Source: the human T2T-CHM13v2.0 reference genome, Homo sapiens
Assembly: GCF_009914755.1 (NCBI RefSeq)
Contig: NC_060929.1
Length of the DNA: 64,000 bases
Direction: 5' to 3' (one strand)
Shown here one piece after another: positions 57,290 through 64,000 of this stretch. Position 1 is the first letter of the stretch. The number at the start of each line of letters is the position of its first letter. The notes under the pieces are model-generated. The model worked only from the letters and a program-made list of their open reading frames with translations. It did not search any database and was not told the DNA's origin. Position numbers and translations under genes: made by a program.

Positions 57290-57560
57290 ACTGCAGGCTT
57301 CACTGCAAAGGCTATTGCCGCCCAGCAGTGCTCATTAAAGTATCTTGCTGAGTAGCCGTAGATAACACAACAGAACAGGATGAGATAACTCTCAATTATC
57401 TACTGGTTGAACAAGAATGTCTGTGCCATTGCTAATAACTACATGCTGTACCTGAATATATTTCTCTGGGGAAGTCAAGACCTAATTGCATAAAATAGCA
57501 AGACAGGCTTTATGGCTACAACAGATCTCACTCAGTCTCACATAGACTTTTGATTCATTA
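57290..57560 (+). pseudogene. env: ERV1 env transmembrane subunit remnant
   Basis: TAKAIAAQQCSLKYLAE heptad, then frameshifted LNYLLVEQ..VCAIAN..TCCT, i.e. immunosuppressive domain and CX6CC motif. Confidence 0.75.
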
Positions 57561-58266
57561 GTTGGCTGCCTTTGGGTCCATGTTCATAGACAATATTTCA
57601 TGTTACTATTAATTTTGTACCGCATCATTCTTTTTAAACTTTTTATCTGTTTCCTGTCCAACCTCTGCAGAAATGATGCATCTAACAGAATAACACTGGT
57701 CCAGAACTTCCAAATGGTAGTCAATGCCTATGGAACTGACAAAATTGAACTTAGCAATGAACTCCAGGCACATTTATCCTGAGAGCCACTCCTTCTGAAC
57801 CTCTTTGTTTCTTAAATGTGACTAAAAGGGTTTTGACATCTGCTCTTAGTTGCTGGCCATTCATCTCTGATGCAGGATCAGACTAACTAGGAAAGGTCCA
57901 CTCCAGCACCAAGAAACAATCAAAACCTAACTATAGGCTGATTAATCTGCAATGCTTTCAGAAAAAAGTCTTGGTCAAAAGGGGGAAATGTTAAAGTTAC
58001 CAGCAAAGAAGTTGACTCACTTAAGTCAAACCACAACAAAATGGAGCTCGGAGAGTATAAAAGAAGGCCCTTCATGCATGGATGTCTCTAAAAGAATTAT
58101 TGCAAGGACTCTCTGAAAACCACAAAAATTTTAGATACGACGCTTCTATGAAGACATCTTCCCAGCAACAGCCAGTATCACCAATGAGTATTTGTCCACA
58201 CCAAGCAGTAAGCTTCTGGGGCCAAAGAGGTTTATTTTAAAATAATTTACATGAACTTCACCTTTT

Positions 58267-59230
58267 TTTTTTCTTTATTTCTTCTTCTTCTTCAAAAAAC
58301 AAACAAAAGGAATATATGTGCAGAACGTGCAGGTTTGTTACATAGGTATACGTATGCCATGGTGGTTTGCTACACTTTTCAACCTATCATCTAAGTTCCC
58401 TCCCCTCACCCCCCAACCTCCAACAGGCCCCAGTGTGTGTTGTTTCCTTCTCTGTGTCCATTTGTTCTCAATGTTCGAATCCCACTTACGAATAAGAACA
58501 TGCGGTATTTGGTTTTCTGTTCCTGTGTTAGTTTGCTGAGGATGATGGCTACCAGTTTCATCCATGTTTCTGCAAAGGACATGCTCTCATTCCTTTTTAT
58601 AGCTGCATAGTATTCCATGGTGTATATGTACCACATTTTCTTTATCCAGTCTATCAGTGATGGGCATTTGGGTTGGGTCCATGTCTTTGCTATTGTAAAT
58701 AGTGCTGCAATAAATATATATATATGTATGTTGCCTTACAGTAGAATGACTTATATTCCTTTGGGTATATACCTAGTAATGGGATTGCTGGGTCAAATGG
58801 TATTTCTAGTTCTAGATCCTTGAGGAATGCCCATACTGTCTTCCACAATGGTTGAATTAATTCACTTTCCCACCAACAGTGTAAGAGCGTTCCCATTTCT
58901 CCACATCCTCTCCAGTATTTATTGTTTCCTGACTTTTTAATAATCTCCATTCTAATTGGCGTGAAATGGCATCTCATTGTGGTTTTGATTTGCATTTCTC
59001 TGGTGATCAGTGATGTTGAGCTTCTTTTGTATGTTTTTTGGCCACGTAAATGTCTTTTTTTGAGACGTGTCTGTTCATATCCTTTGCCCACTTTTTGATA
59101 GCGTTGTTTGTCTTTTTCTTGTAAGCATGTTTAAGTCCCTTGTAAATTCTAGATATTAGATCATTGTCAGATGGGTAGATTGCAAAAATTTTCTCCCAGT
59201 CTGTAGGCTGCTTGTTCACTTTGATGATAG

Positions 59231-59262
<32 letters not shown>

Positions 59263-59832
59263 GCAGAAGCTCTTTAGTTTAATTAGATCCCATTGTCAAT
59301 TTTGGCTTTTGTTGCAATTGCTTTTGGCACTTTTGTCATGAAGTCTTTGCCCACCATGCCTATGTCCTGAATGTTGTTGCCTAGGTTTTCTTCTAGGGTT
59401 TTTATGGTTTGGGGTTTTACATTTAAGTCTTTAATCCATCTTGAGTTAATTTTTGTATAAGGTGTAAGGAAGGGGTCCAGTTTCAGTTTCCTGTATATGG
59501 CTAGCCAGATTTCCCACATTATTACTGAATATGAGATCCTTTCCCATTGCTTGTTTTTGTCATGTTTGTTGAAGATCAGGTGGTTGTAGACGTTTGGTGT
59601 ATTTCTGAGGTCTATGTTCACCTTCATTGGTCTATATGTCTGTTTTGGTACCAGTTCCATGCTGTTTTGGTTACTGAGGCCCTGTAGTAATGAAGTCAGG
59701 TAGTGTGATGCCTCCAGTTTTGTTCTTTATGCTTAGGATTGTCTTGGCTATATGGGGTCTTCTTTGATTCCATATGAAATTTAAAATTGGTTTTTCTAAT
59801 TCTGTGAAGAATGCCAATGGTAGTTTGATGGG
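58267..59832 (-). mobile_element. L1PA (about L1PA8) 3' 1.6 kb inserted in the ERV1 downstream LTR
   Basis: ORF2 C-terminal ORFs ([30 protein letters not shown]), perfect TSD GAACTTCACCTTTT at 58253-58266 and 59833-59846. Confidence 0.95.
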
Positions 59833-61847
59833 GAACTTCACCTTTTACCCTTAAAAAAGCTTTGGATCCCCCAGCTTTTTCAAATGTGCCTATGGTTCAC
59901 TACGGTACACATATCCCAAATTGCAGTTCATTGCTCTTCCCAGATAAACTATTTTGAAAAGTCAGTCTCTCTGCTGTTTATTTTAATAATTTTTAATAGA
60001 AGTACATCTTTCTTAAAAGCATAGCAAAAATTTTAAGTACATTCACAATAATAATAATTAGGAAACAAATGATCATTGCTTCGATTTTAAGAATTATGAA
60101 TTTCTTTAATTTTTCAAGTTGAAATATAGAACATGTTTTATTTAGTTACCAATTTATTTCTGTATTTTTCATGAAACAATTTACTTTGGTAAGAAATTTC
60201 AAGGAATCTGTGGCATAAATATATATTTGGTCAATGTTCCTTGACCCAAAGTATTAAGGCTGGGTTGTATTTAATTCAGTGACTAAGTAATTTAGTCAGG
60301 TTATTCAATAAATTAATGAGGTAATTATCTATAAATTGTTATAATCTGTAAATCTATAAATCATATGTAAAATTTTATTATAAAAAGCAAATGAGTCTTT
60401 CTAACAATAGCTAGTTCCAACAATAAAATAACTTCACTTTTAGTTAGCAAGCCCGTATTACATTTCTAAATATTGAAGTCTGTGCAGTAGTTAATGATCT
60501 TTTAGTCAATTATTGAGAAAAAAACTTTTAGTACAGTAGAAGATATAAAAAACATGATTGAGCTCAATTTCTCTTTTTAAAAAAATCACTGATTTCTTGG
60601 TCAAACTTTTGCTTCTTTTGGAACTTTTGAACTTTGTGGCCATGTGAAATGGCACTCTGAAACTTCTAGTAGACTCAAATTGAGGTAACTTTCTTGCTCA
60701 CAACAATTTTATGTCCAGTTTCTACTATAAGCCATTATTTCTAACACATGCCATGGTTCCATGTTTGAACTAATGTTAATACCACCTGCCCCTACATGAC
60801 TGAGTCTGAGCACATCCCTGGGCCACATCAAGCACCATGGCAGATTAATCATTCCTTACGGTTTTAACAGGCAAGCTGGGGAAAAAAAATAACTGTCTCC
60901 TCCAGCTTTGGTTATGAGTGAGTTTCTTACCTTTTAATGGTGAAAAATAAACTTATCTGTCATAGGAGAAAATAACATTACACTCATATGGAAGCAGAGG
61001 TGAGAAGTGAAGCCTTAGTCACTATGGAGTCCTGTCCCAGGTTCCACTTGCCAGGACCCTTGAGCTGTTCTGCTTCCTAGAGAGCATCCTTTGAATCTTG
61101 ATATCTCCAGTATCTTCCAGTTACTACTCATTTAGCCTAAAGGTCTTTTAGTTAGAAGTGTTGGCAATTGAAAGAGCTCTGACTAAAAATGCTACTCTAT
61201 CAAACCAGTTAATTTCATTTAAATTTTAATTTAGTTGGCATAATTAGGTAGCAGACCTAGTGACTTCAAAAATGTAGAGAATCAGCACCAGATTACAACA
61301 TGACCAAAAAAGCATCATCCTACAGTTACTTATGAGTTACAAAAGAAAATTAGAAGTGCAAAAACTTGAATCACAAATGTAATTTAGTTTCAGAAATAAT
61401 AGGACAACTTGGCATGTACCTTCTGATGTGTGATAAATAATACACCACTTGAAAAGTATTCCATAAAAATGTTTAACCTAAGGGTGGTTATACCTCTAAA
61501 CCTAACATCCAGTGTGCAAGAAATGCAGGAACACATGGCAAGTTACTCCACACCAGCAGGAAATTATCAAACAAATACAGGATGTAGAACATTCTGCGCA
61601 ATAATAACTGACCTGAACTTCAAAAAGTCCATCTTAGTTTAAAAAGTGGTGAGATTGTTACAGATAAAAAGACAAAATGATATGATGACTTACCAAACAA
61701 ATGTAAAATATGAAATTGATGAGGTACTATTTTTTAGAAGTATATAAGGGAGAATTGTGAAGAACTAGGAAAAGTTGGATGTAGACAAGATATTAGATAA
61801 TATTATGGAATTAGTATAAAATTTTCATAGTTGTTAAAATGATTATT

Positions 61848-62400
61848 GTCAGTGTTTTCACAGTTTGGGATACTGAAAAGACTCATAAGACTCTGTAGAG
61901 CATATGCACACGAGGCTTTTACTACAGCAGCAGAGGATGATGGAGTAAAAGCAAGCAAGGGAAGGCAAGCACCATAGACTCTGGCAAATATTTCAGGTGC
62001 TTCTATCCACGGTTGTAAGGGTGCGTGTGTGTGTGTGTGTGTCGTGTGTTGTGTGTGTGTGTTGTATTGTGAGTGTTGTGTGTTGTGTATGTGTGTTTGC
62101 ATAGGACATACTTCATCTCTGAAATACAATTCATCAAGATTTTGTGAGGAATTTTGACTTAGAAGCAAGGTCTCCCAAATTTCCAGGTGAACCTTTTGTC
62201 AGGCTGCATGCCTGGTTATACCAGGTGTAAGCCATCAATACGTAAACTAGCCACAGGAGTTTCAAACTTTAAACAGACTGTATTTAATCTTGCCCTCATT
62301 TTGGCCAGGAATCAGTACCAGACTTTCAGATGTTCTGGGAGATAACTATAGAGCTGTCTCAGTCCAGCAGTAAAAAATAAATCTTACCCATCGGCACTGT
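61848..62400 (-). mobile_element. LTR fragment (MER21/MER77-like) with (TG)n-like tract, amid old L1M fragments
   Basis: AAAGACTCATAAGACTC..AAAAGCAAGCAAGGGAAGG; imperfect TG repeat at 62021-62098. Confidence 0.4.
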
Positions 62401-62953
62401 GGGAGAATGCCCTAATTTATTGGAATTTCATGCTGAAATGTTTTGGGCCAAAATATTCAGATCTCCATGATTCTACCTATCTAAAGAGATATTTAGTGAA
62501 ATTAATAATATATGGTAATATGTTAGCAATTACTAAATATAGGTGGATATTATATTAATCTTGTGTGAAATATTCTTTTAAATTTTCATTATGTCTGAAA
62601 AATCTTCACAATAAAAATAAGGAAAATCAATAAAGATTCCTGCTAAGTTGTTCTGTGATCTTAGTACAGGACATTATTTTAAAATTCTTCGAAATAAAAT
62701 ATTTTGGTATTTAATGGATTACATATTTATATGAGATCTTAGCAACCTCACATATTACAAATTCTCTTTTCTAGATACAATAATGCTGCAGTGTACATAC
62801 ACACATATTATATATATAATATACAATGTCTAAATTTTTGTACAATGTGAATATATAATATATGAATGTAATATTCATATGTAATATTAATATGTATATT
62901 ATATAGTCATATTCTAAAGTTCAGGTATTAAATTGAGTCAAATCTGTTTACCA

Positions 62954-63095
62954 TTCCTCCCTCTCTCCCTCCTTCCCTCCCTCCCTTTTTTCTTTCCTTC
63001 CTTCTTTCCTTTCTTCCTTCCTTCCTTCTCCCCTTCCTTCTTTCCTCCTTGCTTCCTTCCTTCCCTCTTTGCTTCCTTCTTTCCTTCCTTCTTTT
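62954..63095. repeat. (CCTT)n polypyrimidine tract
   Basis: About 140 bp of CCTT/CCCT/CTTT units. Confidence 0.92.
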
Positions 63096-63129
63096 GTTAA
63101 TTTAGTCATATTGCAGACAGGGCCTCAGA

Positions 63130-64000
63130 AAATAAGTAGTGAAGATCCACGTAGAATAGGGAAGACTTCTGTGAGGGAGTGCCATTTAAACAGAACCTTG
63201 AATTATAAGAAGAGGTTACTAAAGAGAAGATGGAGAAAAGACTTTGAAAGCATATGCACCATTCCTGAAACAGTGTAAGCCAGGAACATTTTGAGGAATT
63301 AAGAGCAGTTTTGCTTGCCATAATGAGCTAGTGATTTGAGAAAATCAGATGATAGTAACAAAATCAGATGATATGTATTTTTTAAAACAAATTTAAAAAT
63401 AAAGAGCATAATGTTTTCACATACATGTTAAGAGATAAAAATAGACAAATTATACATGGCCTTATAGGTTGAGATAAAGACTTTGATTGTATTCTGTGTG
63501 ACATGGAGATCCATTGAATAATTTTAAAAGAAGAAGAAATATGGCCAAATTTCCACCACAGTAGAATCTGCTGGGAAAAAATAAAAGTGAATAAGGGATG
63601 CAGGAAGTGGAAGCAGTGAGAATATTTTTGGAGATTGATTTTCCTCAGATATCAGTTACTATCCCCAAGTTTTCTCATTCCAGTAGTGATGTCATCGTTG
63701 CCAATTACTGAAGCCAGGAAGTTAGGAATCATCAGTCTTTTTCTTTTGAATTAATGTGACAGTAGTAGAGAGAGAGAAAAAAGTAGGCATGATGTATGTT
63801 ATTTAGAGGATAAGATCTACAGATTTGAAATTGATTTGGCATAAACCCACAGGAAAGTGAAGAATCAAGCATGTATTCTAAGCTTCTGGCTTGAGCAAGT
63901 GAGCAATCAGCAACATCAGCCCTGTGACTTACTAGAGTTTTACTGAGGTATACTTTGTAATGTAATAGCTGTGAGAAACTGAATATCATTGAAATTTAGA
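63130..64000 (-). mobile_element. L2 fragment
   Basis: GACTTTGATTGTATTCTG..GGAGATCCATTGAATAATTTTAA and TTCTAAGCTTCTGGCTTGAGCAA are L2 reverse-complement motifs. Confidence 0.6.

Larger units (their letters stand above)
47010..59990 (+). mobile_element. Nested ERV1 (MER4-group, MER65-like) provirus: LTR-internal-LTR
   Basis: Homologous LTRs at 47010-47800 and 57989-~59990 (shared AAAACCACAAAAAT.TTAGATA and TTCTATGAAGACATCT..CCAGCAACAGCCA), degenerate Leu-type PBS at ~47806-47823, PPT AAAAGGGGGAAA at 57977-57988, env TM remnant. Confidence 0.8.

Overview
Primate (most likely human) genomic DNA: AT-rich, CpG-poor and dominated by repeats, as in a gene desert or large intron. I see no credible cellular protein-coding exon, rRNA, tRNA or CRISPR array. 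The ORF-track hits are Alu-, L1- or ERV-derived, or chance ORFs. Recognisable content: 13 Alu copies; L1 fragments of several ages (one twin-primed 5'-inverted, one with both ends but no interior); L2, MaLR and ERVL LTRs; MER47A and MER58 DNA transposons; a heavily deleted betaretrovirus-like HML-6/HERVK3 provirus (24980-27224, minus) with a tRNA-Lys3 PBS and gag, dUTPase, pro and IN remnants; and a ~13 kb nested ERV1 (MER4-group, MER65-like) provirus (47010-~59990). The most notable observations are structural: a ~3.6 kb non-viral insert inside the ERV1 with a possible TSD and poly(A) signals, a PPT-bearing segment upstream of the apparent 5' LTR, and a repeat-free island carrying three p53/p63 half-sites plus AP-1 and POU motifs. 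No novel multi-gene system is supported. Repeat subfamily names come from recalled consensus sequences and need RepeatMasker/Dfam confirmation.
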